A DNA stretch of 64,000 nt, from positions 32,001-96,000 of IMG/VR virus record IMGVR_UViG_3300011977_000415. The stretch is one strand, 5' to 3'. Source of the stretch: a virus (Duplodnaviria; Caudoviricetes). Both the position numbers and the translations under genes were made by a program. How positions within the stretch are numbered: the first letter of the stretch is position 1; each line of letters opens with the position of its first letter. Shown piece by piece: positions 53,874 to 64,000 of this stretch. Under the pieces are notes generated by a model. It was given only the letters and a program-made list of their open reading frames with translations, did not search any database and was not told the DNA's origin.

Positions 53874-56800
53874 ATGGCAGATGTAAACGGGGGCGCATTG
53901 TCCTTTACGTCCGTTATGGACAACGAAAAGATGAACGCGGCAATCGAAGAAACGTTGCGCCGCGTCCAAGGCTTTTCCGATGCCGTTGTTGGTAGCGGTG
54001 ATGCGATGGACAAAACAACGCAAGAAATCGTTGAATCCATCAACATCCAAAAGCGCGTCATCAACGAGTTGGAAAACACCGTTGCCGAATTGAATGCCAA
54101 AATCAATTCGGTTGAACCCGGTGCAGCACAAGACGCATTGATTGAACAAGCAAACGCCGTGCGCGCCGAATTGGATGGCGAGAAACAAGGGATGGTCGCC
54201 CTTATCAACGAATTGAACAACTTGCAGCGTGCAAACGCCGGAGTTGCGGCAACACAAGAAGAAATCCGCGCCGGGCTTGGGCAAATAGGTGCAGCGTGCG
54301 AAATGCACGAAACCGCCCTTGCATCCCTTGAAGATGAATATGCCAAGATTTCGGCGCAAATGAACACCGCGTTGAAATCCGGCAATGATAACGAATACCG
54401 GGCATTGCGCGAACGTGCGCAAGCGATAAAGGGCGAAATCACCACGCGCAAACAGTTGTTGAAAGAATTGCGCGACCAATCCAATGCCCTTGAAGCGGAA
54501 GCCACGAAGATGGAACAAGCGGCGGCAGCGGCAAACAACACCGCACAAGCCCATGTTTCGTTGCGTTCACGCATTCGCGAATTGCGCGAGGAAATGGCAT
54601 TGTACCGGGAACAATTCGGCGACCAAACGGATAAATACCGGGAAATGTCGGCGGAACTTGGACGTTTGCAAGACATTCAAGGCGACATTCAAGCGCAAGG
54701 AAGCATTCTTTCAAACGACCAAGCACAATTTCAAGGTATCATTACCGGATTGAATGGTGTTGTTGGTGGATTCACCGCGGCACAAGGTGCGGTGGCATTG
54801 TTCGCCGGGGAAAACGAGAACTTGCAAAAGATAATGTTGAAAGTTCAATCGTTGATGTCCATCACGATGGGATTGCAACAGGTATCGGCAACGTTGAACA
54901 AGGATTCGGCATTCCGGTTGGCAACGGTCAATTCATTGCGTGAATGGTGGAACAAATTGCTTGCCATCGGTCGCGGTGAACAAATTGCATCCACGGCGGC
55001 AACGGTTGCGGACACCACGGCAACAACCGCATCCACGGTGGCAACAACCGCCAACACGGCGGCACAAACGGCGGCAAACGGCGCGAAAACGGCAAGCATT
55101 GGAGCATCAACAGGAGCAGCGGCGGCGCAAGGCGTGCAAACCGCATCGGCGGTTGCCGGAACGGCGGCAAACATTGGGCTTGCCGGGGCATTCCGAATGG
55201 TCGGCGCGGCGATTAAATCAATCCCGGTGTTCGGTTGGATTCTTGCCGGAATATCGGCGTTAATTGCGCTTGTTTCGCATTTCGTTGGCAAGGCAAATGA
55301 AGCCAAAAAGGCGGCGGAAGAATGGTATAATGCCATCGCCGAAAATTCATACAAGCCCATTGCGGCAATCATGGATTTGTCGGCGCGTTGGAACGCGCTT
55401 GGCAACGACCTTGAAGCCAAGAAACAGTTCATCGAAGATAACAAAAAGGCTTTCGATGATTTGGGCGCGTCCGTCAATGATGTTGTTGATGCCGAAAATT
55501 TGCTTGTCAAAAACAAGGATGCGTTCATCAACGCCCAAATTGAAAAGGCAAAGGCGACAATCTATTTGCAACAAGCCACCGAAAAGGTAAAGGAACTAAT
55601 CAAAAAGGAACAAGAGGTGGCGGCGATGCCGGAAAAATCGTCCACATACGTTCAAACATCATCGTATGGCACGGGTTATTGGGTTGAGGGCATCAACCAA
55701 GCAAAGGTTGAAGCCAAAAAGGAATTGGCGGATTTGAGAGCCGAAATTACACAAGGGTTTACCAATGCAGCCGAAGCCGAAAAACGCGGGTTCAATATAT
55801 TGAAGAACGCCGGAGTTTCGGCAACGCAAACATACGCCAAGGGTTCGTTGGGTGCAATCCAACAGGCAATCGCCTTGAAACAAGAAGCGTTGAAGAAATT
55901 GACCAACAATGCCGATTACCAAAAGGCAATGAAAGAAATCGAAGCATTGCAGAAACAGGCGGACAAAATTACCGGGAAAACCACAACCACATCCGGCGGT
56001 GGTGGCGGTGGTGGTCGTTCATCCGGCGGTGGTGGTACGAAAAAAGACCCGTTCTTGGAGAAATTGGCAAAGTACAAATCCGAATATGCCCGTTTCCAAA
56101 AGTGGGTCAATTCCGGTGATGCCATCATCCAAAAGGCGGCGGCAACCGAATTTGACGGATTATTGAAGCAAGGCGCAACATATATTGACTATTTGAAGCG
56201 GCAACGCGACATCATCTTGGATGTGGATGTTGCCAACCGGACGAAAGCCCAAAACAAGCAATTGCGCCAACTGAACGATGCCATTGCAGAGGAAACCAAG
56301 AACACCGTGCTTGAAGCATTCAACAACGAATTGTCGGCATCCCTTGCCAACGCCAAAACCGTGCTTGAAATGCTGAAAGTGATTGAAGCCAAGCGAAAGG
56401 AATTATCCGGCGATGGTACGGAATTGGATAACGCCAAGGCAAAATCGTTGGATAATGCCGAAGAAAAAGCCAATGCCGAAGCAGCCAAACAAACGGAAGC
56501 CCTTTTGACGGAATACGCATCGTTCACGGAGCAGAAACGCCGCCTTGATGAACAATACCGCATTGATAAGGAATTGTTAGACCGCCGATTGGCAAAGGCG
56601 ACATCGGCGGCGGAAATTGCCGAAATCAAGAACGTGATGGCGGAACGTGAAAAGAAGTACAACAAGGACGTGTTGAACGTTGGCGGTTACGATGATATAT
56701 TGAACCAATATGGTGGTTATGAGCAAAAGAAAACCCGCATACAAGAACAATATGCGGAACGCCGCCGCATTGCTGAATTGAACGGCAACACCAAGTTATT

Positions 56801-58280
56801 GGAACAGTTGGCGACCGCCGAACAAAACGAACTTTCCAAGTTGCAAAGCGATTTGATTAAAAATTCGGCTGATTGGCAAAACCTATTCGGCAACCTTGAT
56901 GAATTGACAACATCAACCATCAAAAAGTTGATTGCAAAAATTGAGGGTATGAAAGCCACCATCGGCGTGGATTTGAACCCACAGGATTTGAAAGCCCTTA
57001 CCGACCAATTGAACAAGGCGCGTGCAGAGGTAGAAAAACGCAACCCGTTCACCGCCCTTGGCGCGGCGTGGAAACGCCTCAAAGAAGAAACTAAGGACGG
57101 CAAGGGATTGGGCAGCGATGAAGCCAAAAAAGCCACAACAGACGTTGCATCCTCCGTGTCGGAATTTATCAACCTTATAAGTGGCACATTCAACGCCGTA
57201 ATTGACGGATTACAGGAGATGGGCGTTTCGATGGACGAAGAAACCCAAGTGATATTGAACGACCTTGGCGGCATTATGGATGGTGCAAGTCAAGTTGCGC
57301 AAGGCATCGCCACCGGAAACCCGCTTTCCGTGATTCAAGGTTCAATCGGTTTGTTGTCATCGGCATTTGATTTGTTCAATTCGCGCGACCGCAAGGCGGA
57401 AAAGCAAATCAAGAAACACCAAGAAGCCATCAATAAATTGCAAAACGCATACAAGCAACTTGAATGGCAGATTGACAAAGCGTTGGGCGGCGAAGTCTAT
57501 AAAAACCAACGTGCGGCAATCAAGAACATGCAAGAGCAACAAGCCCACCTTAAAGCATCATGGGAAGCGGAAATTTCCAAGAAGCACACCGATTGGGGGC
57601 GTGTGGACGATTTCAAGGAACAATATGCCGAATTGGGGCGGCAAATCGAAGATTTGATTGATGAAATATCCAACGATTTGTTGCAGACCAACGCCAAGGA
57701 TTTCGCCAACGAATTGGGCGATGCCCTTGTGGAAGCATTCGGCAAAGGTGAAGATGCCGCCAAGGCGATGGAAACCACCGTTAATTCGGTATTGAAAAAC
57801 CTTGTGTTGAACCAATTGAAAAAGAACTTTTTGGAAACGCAATTGCAAGGCGCGCTTGACCAATTGGAAAAGGATATGGGTTATTGGAGCGGCGACAATT
57901 TCATTTTTGATGGGTTGTCGGATGAAGAAATTGCCCGGTTCAAAGCATCCGTTGGTGCGGCGACCGCAAATTTCAACAACGCAATGCAGTTGTACGAAGA
58001 TTTGTTCAAGGAAATGGGGCTTGATGACACGGACGAATCATTGACGGGCGCGGTTAAGGGCGTGAGCGAAGAAACCGCCGACATACTCGCCGGACAAATG
58101 AACGCCATCCGCATCAACCAATTGGATATGGCGGCAATCATGCGGCAACAGTTGCAGCAATTGAACCAAATCGCCGTAAACACGGGTTACAACAAGTATT
58201 TATCACGAATTGAACGCATCATCACCATTTTGGAACAAAACCAATCCGGGAACACGTTGCGTTCGCAAGGCTTATCATGA
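53874..58280 (+). CDS. Tape measure protein
   Basis: 1468 aa, Ala-rich helical with hydrophobic segments; position. Confidence 0.9.
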   Translation: MADVNGGALSFTSVMDNEKMNAAIEETLRRVQGFSDAVVGSGDAMDKTTQEIVESINIQKRVINELENTVAELNAKINSVEPGAAQDALIEQANAVRAELDGEKQGMVALINELNNLQRANAGVAATQEEIRAGLGQIGAACEMHETALASLEDEYAKISAQMNTALKSGNDNEYRALRERAQAIKGEITTRKQLLKELRDQSNALEAEATKMEQAAAAANNTAQAHVSLRSRIRELREEMALYREQFGDQTDKYREMSAELGRLQDIQGDIQAQGSILSNDQAQFQGIITGLNGVVGGFTAAQGAVALFAGENENLQKIMLKVQSLMSITMGLQQVSATLNKDSAFRLATVNSLREWWNKLLAIGRGEQIASTAATVADTTATTASTVATTANTAAQTAANGAKTASIGASTGAAAAQGVQTASAVAGTAANIGLAGAFRMVGAAIKSIPVFGWILAGISALIALVSHFVGKANEAKKAAEEWYNAIAENSYKPIAAIMDLSARWNALGNDLEAKKQFIEDNKKAFDDLGASVNDVVDAENLLVKNKDAFINAQIEKAKATIYLQQATEKVKELIKKEQEVAAMPEKSSTYVQTSSYGTGYWVEGINQAKVEAKKELADLRAEITQGFTNAAEAEKRGFNILKNAGVSATQTYAKGSLGAIQQAIALKQEALKKLTNNADYQKAMKEIEALQKQADKITGKTTTTSGGGGGGGRSSGGGGTKKDPFLEKLAKYKSEYARFQKWVNSGDAIIQKAAATEFDGLLKQGATYIDYLKRQRDIILDVDVANRTKAQNKQLRQLNDAIAEETKNTVLEAFNNELSASLANAKTVLEMLKVIEAKRKELSGDGTELDNAKAKSLDNAEEKANAEAAKQTEALLTEYASFTEQKRRLDEQYRIDKELLDRRLAKATSAAEIAEIKNVMAEREKKYNKDVLNVGGYDDILNQYGGYEQKKTRIQEQYAERRRIAELNGNTKLLEQLATAEQNELSKLQSDLIKNSADWQNLFGNLDELTTSTIKKLIAKIEGMKATIGVDLNPQDLKALTDQLNKARAEVEKRNPFTALGAAWKRLKEETKDGKGLGSDEAKKATTDVASSVSEFINLISGTFNAVIDGLQEMGVSMDEETQVILNDLGGIMDGASQVAQGIATGNPLSVIQGSIGLLSSAFDLFNSRDRKAEKQIKKHQEAINKLQNAYKQLEWQIDKALGGEVYKNQRAAIKNMQEQQAHLKASWEAEISKKHTDWGRVDDFKEQYAELGRQIEDLIDEISNDLLQTNAKDFANELGDALVEAFGKGEDAAKAMETTVNSVLKNLVLNQLKKNFLETQLQGALDQLEKDMGYWSGDNFIFDGLSDEEIARFKASVGAATANFNNAMQLYEDLFKEMGLDDTDESLTGAVKGVSEETADILAGQMNAIRINQLDMAAIMRQQLQQLNQIAVNTGYNKYLSRIERIITILEQNQSGNTLRSQGLS

Positions 58281-58281
58281 T

Positions 58282-58788
58282 ATGAATGAAGTAACGAAAC
58301 AACTTGCCAAGGCAGCACAGGCGAACGGGATTTGCACGCCTTGGTTGAATGAATTGAAAACCCTTGAAAACAAGGATGCGTTGGTGGATATGTATATTCG
58401 TGGGCTTGATTTTTGCCTTGCCCACGATTACCCATCCAATGATTTCATCCGGCGACATTTCAAGGGCATGATGGAAACCCACGGCGTGTTCCTTGACGAT
58501 GCAATTGAATTGCAAAACCAATGCAAGTGCATCGCGCTTGGTGAAACAACCGGGCGTGTTGCCGCCGATGGGTATTCCGTTGTGGAAGTGTGGGCAAAAC
58601 ATCAATCATCGTTGAACATCATTGCAAAGGACAACGCCTTTGTAATGGTGGATGTGTACGATGATGCCGTGGTGAATGTGTACGCAAGCGACCGGGCGAA
58701 AGTGTGCGTGAACAAGCATGGCGGCAAGGTATCACATGCCACCACGGATGATGCCGTGGTGAAAATCCGGGAAATGTCTAACAAGTAA
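58282..58788 (+). CDS. Hypothetical tail-module protein
   Basis: ORF after TMP, ends in beta-repeat-like VDVYDDAVVNV. Confidence 0.65.
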   Translation: MNEVTKQLAKAAQANGICTPWLNELKTLENKDALVDMYIRGLDFCLAHDYPSNDFIRRHFKGMMETHGVFLDDAIELQNQCKCIALGETTGRVAADGYSVVEVWAKHQSSLNIIAKDNAFVMVDVYDDAVVNVYASDRAKVCVNKHGGKVSHATTDDAVVKIREMSNK

Positions 58789-58799
58789 ATAAATCCGAT

Positions 58800-60005
58800 A
58801 TGAGCAACAACAATATAATTTTCAACATGCCATTCGATGAAAGCGATGGCAGCGCGACCGCATACGACTATTCAAGCAACCGTGCCGATGGTGTTGTTAC
58901 CGGGGCGCATTTCACCGCCGGGAAGAACGGCAATGCCATTTCCTTTTCCGGCAACGACACATGCGAGGTATCAAAGAACGTATTGCCAAACCTTTCCGTG
59001 AACTTTTCCATTTTGGCGTGGGTCAAGGGTGCGGATTGCGAGGTTGGCGCGCCGGGCAAACTGATATGGGTGTTGGCGTTCCCCGGCGTGAAGAATTACG
59101 TTGAAGTTCCCATCGAAGCAAGGGCGGGGACGTGGTTTTCGCTTGCCGTGGTCAAGTCCGGCACGAAATACGGGTTCTATGTCAATTCATCATTGATTCA
59201 TGAGGTTGTGCGCAACGGCACATTGCAAGGTGTTTCGCTGAACCAAGATTTTTATGGCGGCGAATACGGCTTTGGCTTGTTGGATGATGTCAAGATTTAC
59301 AATGCCGCATTGTCGCAATCGGACATCATCAACGAGGTGTCAAGCGCGAAGCAACAGGCATACAAGGTGGATGGACACGATTTCAAGGATTTTGGCGTGT
59401 ATGTGTCCGCATCCGATGGTTTGTTGTCCCGTCCAAAGGTCAAAGACCCAATGACGGTTAATTGGGACAATTACCACGGCGAAAGCGTGGATTTGGCACA
59501 CAAGTATATTGAACCGCGCGACATCACGTTGTCTTGCTTTGTCAAGGCTGAATCCAAGATGGATTTCATCAAAAAGGTGAACGAATTTCAACACCTTTGG
59601 GATAAGCACGGCACGAACCGCCTTTTGGTGGATGTCCACCCCGTGAAACCTTTGATTTATGAAGTGTACGCCAAAGATGCCATCGAAGTGGAAAAGACGT
59701 GGAACGATGCGTTGATGGTCGGCACGTTCAAGTTGAAATTGCGCGAACCCGAACCCGTGAAGCGCGTGTTGAAGCACATCCGCGTGGGCGAATCAACCAA
59801 AACATGCGCAATCACCTTGACATCCACCAAGTATGTGAACATTTATTGGGGCGATGGCAGCGTTGATTATGATGTTGCCGGAAAGGACTTGGCGGTTTCG
59901 CACGATTATGCCGAAAACGGCGATTATTTCCCCGTGATAACCGGGTGCATTGACGAAATCGAATCATTCACCACAAACGCCATCATTGTATGGGAACGAA
60001 TATAA
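58800..60005 (+). CDS. LamG/ConA-like domain + distal-tail-like protein
   Basis: FDESDGSATAYDYS, GLLDDVKIYNAALS; C-term DFGVYV..EPRDITL. Confidence 0.75.
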   Translation: MSNNNIIFNMPFDESDGSATAYDYSSNRADGVVTGAHFTAGKNGNAISFSGNDTCEVSKNVLPNLSVNFSILAWVKGADCEVGAPGKLIWVLAFPGVKNYVEVPIEARAGTWFSLAVVKSGTKYGFYVNSSLIHEVVRNGTLQGVSLNQDFYGGEYGFGLLDDVKIYNAALSQSDIINEVSSAKQQAYKVDGHDFKDFGVYVSASDGLLSRPKVKDPMTVNWDNYHGESVDLAHKYIEPRDITLSCFVKAESKMDFIKKVNEFQHLWDKHGTNRLLVDVHPVKPLIYEVYAKDAIEVEKTWNDALMVGTFKLKLREPEPVKRVLKHIRVGESTKTCAITLTSTKYVNIYWGDGSVDYDVAGKDLAVSHDYAENGDYFPVITGCIDEIESFTTNAIIVWERI

Positions 60006-63000
60006 TAATCACAAAGCCAAATGGCGACCGCGTGCCGATGGAATCACGGCGCACGGCAACATCAATCACGGCGGCAAAGCAAACATGGGCATTGAACGCC
60101 GAAGATACAATTGCAATTACCGTTGTTTCCCCTTTTCCACAATCGTATGGGATTGGGGATGCAATAACCGTGTTCGGTCGCGATTACAGGTTGAACCGCT
60201 TGCCAAAGGTGAAGAAATCCGGCTTTACGGAGTATCAATATGATTTGGAGTTTGAGGGCATCCAATACGACCTTTTGCGCGTTACCTATGATGTGAACAT
60301 CAACACCACCAAGAATGAATTGCAAGACATTCAAGGCGATTCTTTGACGGGTGATTTGAAACGTTTCATGGATGTGTTGATAAGTAATGCCAATCGCGTT
60401 TTCCCGGACAAATGGGCGTTGGGCGAATGCCCGGAAACAGTTGGCGACAAGACATTGACGTTCGCCGAAAACGACAATTGCTTGTCGGTGTTGCAAAACT
60501 TGTGTTCAGCCGACAATTTCGGCGTGGAATTTGACATTGTGAAAGTGAATGGCGTTTACACTATCAACCTTTATGAAAAGGTGGGAAGTGTTTTGCCATT
60601 TACCCTTGAATATGGCAAGGGCAAGGGCTTGTATTCCATCAATCGCGACAATGTTTCATCATCCAACATCATCACCCGGTTGAAAGTGTTCGGCAGCACG
60701 GAAAACATCACGTCCAAATATCGCGCCGACCGCCTTTGCATGTACGGCAAGGACAAATCATCATCGTACATTGAAAAGGCGGAAGCGGTGGCAAAATACG
60801 GCATATTTGAGGGGCGCAAGAACTTTGATGACATCAAACCAACGTTCACGGGCAAGATAACGGCAATCGTGGATGGTGATGTGTTGTCGTTCATTGATGA
60901 AACATTCCCGTTTGACATCAAGAAAACAAACGCCGATGGCGAAACGGAATACATGATTGCCGGGGTATCGCCCAAGGTGCATTTTAATTCGGGAAACCTT
61001 GCCGGGTACGAATTTGAGGTGCATGATTACGACCACGCCACACACAAATTCACCTTGATAAAGCAAACCGATGACCGTGGCAATGTGTTCCCGTCCGAAA
61101 CATCGCCCGCGTTCCGGTTCGCCAAGGATGACACATACAAGGTGCTTGATATTGCTTATTCCAAAGAAATAGAAGAAGCCGCCGAAAACCTTTTGGCGGA
61201 ACAGGGTAACAAATACTATGATGAAAATTGCCAACCCAAGGTGCAATATTCAATCGAAGTTACCAAATCATTCGTGGAAAAGTATTTCGGCGGAAGTGAT
61301 GGCGTTGTGAACGTGTTCAAACCGGGCGATTGCTTGCCAATCAAGGATGATGAAATCGGCGTGGACAAAGCAATCCGCATCAAGTCATTCACGCGCAACG
61401 TGCTTGACCCATACGATTATGCCTTAACCATATCGGACGTTTCGACCAAAGCGGACATCATTACCCGTGTAATTTCGGAAATCGGCGACATTGACAAGGT
61501 AATCAACATCAACAACCTTAAAGACCCGGCACAGGCACGCGCCAATTGGCGTTCATCGCGCGAGGTGCTGAATATGGTGTTTGACCCCGAAACGGGCGGA
61601 TATTACGGCGACAAAATCACCCCGGCAAGTGTGGACACCATCGCATTGTCGGTTGGCGCAAAATCAATGCAATTCGGTTTGACAAATACCGTATTTCAAC
61701 CTAATTTCAACGGCAATGCCCAAGTGGTGAAATGGAAAGGCGGCGTTTTGACGCATTACACCATTGACCCCGACACCGCGCGTTCATGGATGTTGGCTGA
61801 TGGCGAAATCACATTCACGGACACCGACCCTTATTATATTTACGCCCGTTGCACCCGCAATGGTGAAGATGGCGTGTTTGAATTTTCAAAGGAGCAACAC
61901 AAAGTAGAGGAAAGCGCAAGCGTGTATTATTTCCTTGTCGGCGTTTTGAATAGCGTTGATGTGGAAACAAAGGTTCGTTCCATTGCCTTGACGTATGGGT
62001 TCACGATGATAAACGGACGTTTCATCAAGACCGGACGCGTTGAATCGGCGGACGGAACAACATATTTCGACCTTGATAATTCCGAAATTGGCGGTCGAAT
62101 CGTGTTCAATTCCAATGGAAGTGAAAAGACCCTTGAAGAATTGGGCGCGGAAACCTTGGAAAACAAGGATTTCATCAACAACACCTTGCCGGGCTTATTG
62201 TCGGAAATCCAAGCGCAATTGGACGGTCAAATTGAACAATTTTTCCAAACATACGACCCGACAATGAGCAATGCCCCGGCAAACGAGTGGACAACATCGG
62301 AGTTGAAAGAAAATCACCTTGGCGACTTGTTTTATAACACCGATACGGGTGCGGTGTTCCGCTTTGTGAAAGAAAATGGCACATACAAGTGGCAACAGCT
62401 TTCGGACGATGAAGTTGCCAACGCCCTTGCATTGGCAAATGAAGCCCTTGCACTTGCAAAGGACAAGAACCGTATCTTCACCACGACCCCTTACCCACCT
62501 TATGAAGTCGGCGACTTATGGGTTCAAGGTTCATCCGGCGACATCATGCGTTGCAAGACTTCAAGGGAAACGGGTGCATATACTTCAAGCGATTGGGAAA
62601 AGGCATCGAAGTACACCGATAACACGGCATTGACAACGTTCATAAATGGTGCATATTCTGACACCGTTGCCAACTTGACCAATCAGATTGACGGCAAGAT
62701 TGAAACCTGGTTTCAAAATTCAGACCCGGCGAACGCCTGGACAAACAACACCATCAAGGCAAAGCACGTTGGCGACATGTGGTTCAGTAATACAACGAAT
62801 TTGTTGAAGCGATATTCTTCAAGTTACACTTGGGTTGAAATTCACGACCAAAAGGCAATTGACGCGTACACCAATGCAGCCGCCGCGAAAGATACGGCGG
62901 ACGGCAAACGCCGCGTTTTCGTTGCGACACCTTATCCGCCTTATGACATTGGTGATTTGTGGGTCAACGGACAAGACTTGCGCCGTTGTGCAACCGCCAA

Positions 63001-64000
63001 GGCTTCCGGACAATCATACAATGTGAACGATTGGGTGGTTGCAGTTGATTACGACAACACAAAGACCGTTATTGACGGCGGATTGGTAACGTCGGGAACA
63101 CTTCAAGTTGCGGGCGACAACAAAAGCATTCTTGCGGGTATCACCGGGAAAGGCACAACGGATGATGCAATTCGTTTTTGGGCGGGCGCATCATTTGAAA
63201 ACAGGGCAACCGCGCCATTCCGGGTGCAACAAGACGGAACGATGTATGCAACCAAGGCGTATGTGGAGGGCGAATTGCATTCCATAATTGGCAGCATTGG
63301 CAAATGGTTATTGTCCGATGGCGTTTTGAAATCGGAAAAAACAGTTAGCAAAACCGATGGAACGCCCATCATCCAATTGGATTCAAAAGGCGGAGTGATA
63401 CAAATCACGAATGAAATATTCATGGATGCCCGTGGTATGCGCATGATTTCGGGCGGTTACGACCGATTGCGAATTGCCAATTGCAGCATCGGAGAATTTT
63501 CCAAATATTGGGTCAAAAAGGATTTTTCGGGCGACCATTACGAAACCCATACGCATGATTCAATTTACATGTTTGCCGGGAATAGATGGCTTGATAATCG
63601 CGTTAATTTTGGCACACACACAATCAATCTTGGATATTTCGGCGTTGGTTCAACGTTGAATTTTTCCAAATTTTCATTTTCGTTCTATGTACCGGAAAAC
63701 AATAGTTCAAGTGTGGTGGTGAAAATGTACGCAAATACACCCGCATTCATAGTGTATGTAAAGCGCAACGGGCAAACCGTCAAGTCATTCGAAATTGTCA
63801 ATGGCACAACGTACACGAACAACGAATATGCCGATTATGTGCATACAGTACCCGAAAGCAACCGGACAATAATTGTGGACGAAACTTTGGAGGGCAATTA
63901 TACCGTTGCGATAGTACAAAAGACGTTCAACTTATACGCATCATCAAGCGGCGTTTTGAAAGCATTCGACTATGCAATCAGAATGACGTTTTCATTTGTT
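59990..64000 (+). CDS. Large tail/baseplate-hub and fibre protein, truncated by window end (not in ORF track)
   Basis: Starts MGTNIIITKPNG at ATG 59990; same frame at internal checkpoints and window end; IITRLKVFGS, internal repeats. Confidence 0.85.
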   Translation, partial: MGTNIIITKPNGDRVPMESRRTATSITAAKQTWALNAEDTIAITVVSPFPQSYGIGDAITVFGRDYRLNRLPKVKKSGFTEYQYDLEFEGIQYDLLRVTYDVNINTTKNELQDIQGDSLTGDLKRFMDVLISNANRVFPDKWALGECPETVGDKTLTFAENDNCLSVLQNLCSADNFGVEFDIVKVNGVYTINLYEKVGSVLPFTLEYGKGKGLYSINRDNVSSSNIITRLKVFGSTENITSKYRADRLCMYGKDKSSSYIEKAEAVAKYGIFEGRKNFDDIKPTFTGKITAIVDGDVLSFIDETFPFDIKKTNADGETEYMIAGVSPKVHFNSGNLAGYEFEVHDYDHATHKFTLIKQTDDRGNVFPSETSPAFRFAKDDTYKVLDIAYSKEIEEAAENLLAEQGNKYYDENCQPKVQYSIEVTKSFVEKYFGGSDGVVNVFKPGDCLPIKDDEIGVDKAIRIKSFTRNVLDPYDYALTISDVSTKADIITRVISEIGDIDKVININNLKDPAQARANWRSSREVLNMVFDPETGGYYGDKITPASVDTIALSVGAKSMQFGLTNTVFQPNFNGNAQVVKWKGGVLTHYTIDPDTARSWMLADGEITFTDTDPYYIYARCTRNGEDGVFEFSKEQHKVEESASVYYFLVGVLNSVDVETKVRSIALTYGFTMINGRFIKTGRVESADGTTYFDLDNSEIGGRIVFNSNGSEKTLEELGAETLENKDFINNTLPGLLSEIQAQLDGQIEQFFQTYDPTMSNAPANEWTTSELKENHLGDLFYNTDTGAVFRFVKENGTYKWQQLSDDEVANALALANEALALAKDKNRIFTTTPYPPYEVGDLWVQGSSGDIMRCKTSRETGAYTSSDWEKASKYTDNTALTTFINGAYSDTVANLTNQIDGKIETWFQNSDPANAWTNNTIKAKHVGDMWFSNTTNLLKRYSSSYTWVEIHDQKAIDAYTNAAAAKDTADGKRRVFVATPYPPYDIGDLWVNGQDLRRCATAKASGQSYNVNDWVVAVDYDNTKTVIDGGLVTSGTLQVAGDNKSILAGITGKGTTDDAIRFWAGASFENRATAPFRVQQDGTMYATKAYVEGELHSIIGSIGKWLLSDGVLKSEKTVSKTDGTPIIQLDSKGGVIQITNEIFMDARGMRMISGGYDRLRIANCSIGEFSKYWVKKDFSGDHYETHTHDSIYMFAGNRWLDNRVNFGTHTINLGYFGVGSTLNFSKFSFSFYVPENNSSSVVVKMYANTPAFIVYVKRNGQTVKSFEIVNGTTYTNNEYADYVHTVPESNRTIIVDETLEGNYTVAIVQKTFNLYASSSGVLKAFDYAIRMTFSFV

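Larger units (their letters stand above)
21238..64000. mobile_element. Temperate siphovirus-type prophage of Bacteroidales (continues past the window end)
   Basis: att core, integrase, repressor, recombination/replication genes, TerS/TerL, portal, MCP, tail tube, tape measure; no sheath seen. Confidence 0.95.

Noticed and set aside
55990-56036. (GGT/GGC)n repeat in the tape measure gene as a contingency locus
   Set aside because: Triplet repeat encoding a Gly linker; length change keeps frame
26306-62459. Many long minus-strand ORFs opposite phage genes (e.g. 26612-27652, 53849-54676)
   Set aside because: Antisense shadows, favoured by scarcity of CTA/TTA on the coding strand
1-64000. CRISPR array, rRNA or intact tRNA
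   Set aside because: No repeat-spacer series or rRNA seen; 21238-21251 is only a 14-bp tRNA 3' end without a T-arm
30325-64000. Complete DGR cassette (RT, Avd, template repeat)
   Set aside because: No RT motif or AAT-rich template seen in the window, so only a candidate target is claimed

Overview
Bacteroidales DNA (probably Prevotellaceae, judged from TTTG-N~20-TAnnTTTG promoters and gene content). The window consists almost entirely of mobile elements. (1) 1-~8.7 kb looks like the leading region of a conjugative/integrative element. It has four leftward operons (PRTase+SLOG; acidic proteins/HTH/ssb/parA/RHH; a second ssb; an acidic YubB-like protein). Each operon is preceded by a ~200-250 nt imperfect hairpin whose right arm carries a Bacteroidetes -7 box in a mismatched bubble, which is the geometry expected of single-stranded-DNA (Frpo-like) promoters. 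(2) ~8.9-21.2 kb is an eroded cargo/defence island: IS4 and IS5 remnants, RhuM-Fic, an orphan AbiEi antitoxin next to a WYL remnant, XRE + exonuclease-RecQ-UvrD triple fusion + MBL remnant + PD-(D/E)XK nuclease + metallophosphoesterase, and an AAA-DUF4143 ATPase. (3) From a tRNA-Ser-like 3'-end att core at 21238-21251 to the window end lies a siphovirus-type prophage with integrase, immunity switch, recombination/replication, packaging, head and tail modules; it is truncated inside a large tail gene. Best leads: the Bacteroidetes-type ssDNA promoter family; a DGR-like variable repeat in a non-structural early phage gene (no RT or template repeat seen in the window); two matching late promoters with DnaA-box-like tandems alongside a phage DUF4406-DnaA-domain-IV protein; and a MuF-papain-like toxin with a convergent candidate immunity gene. 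All family calls come from motif recognition by eye, not database searches.
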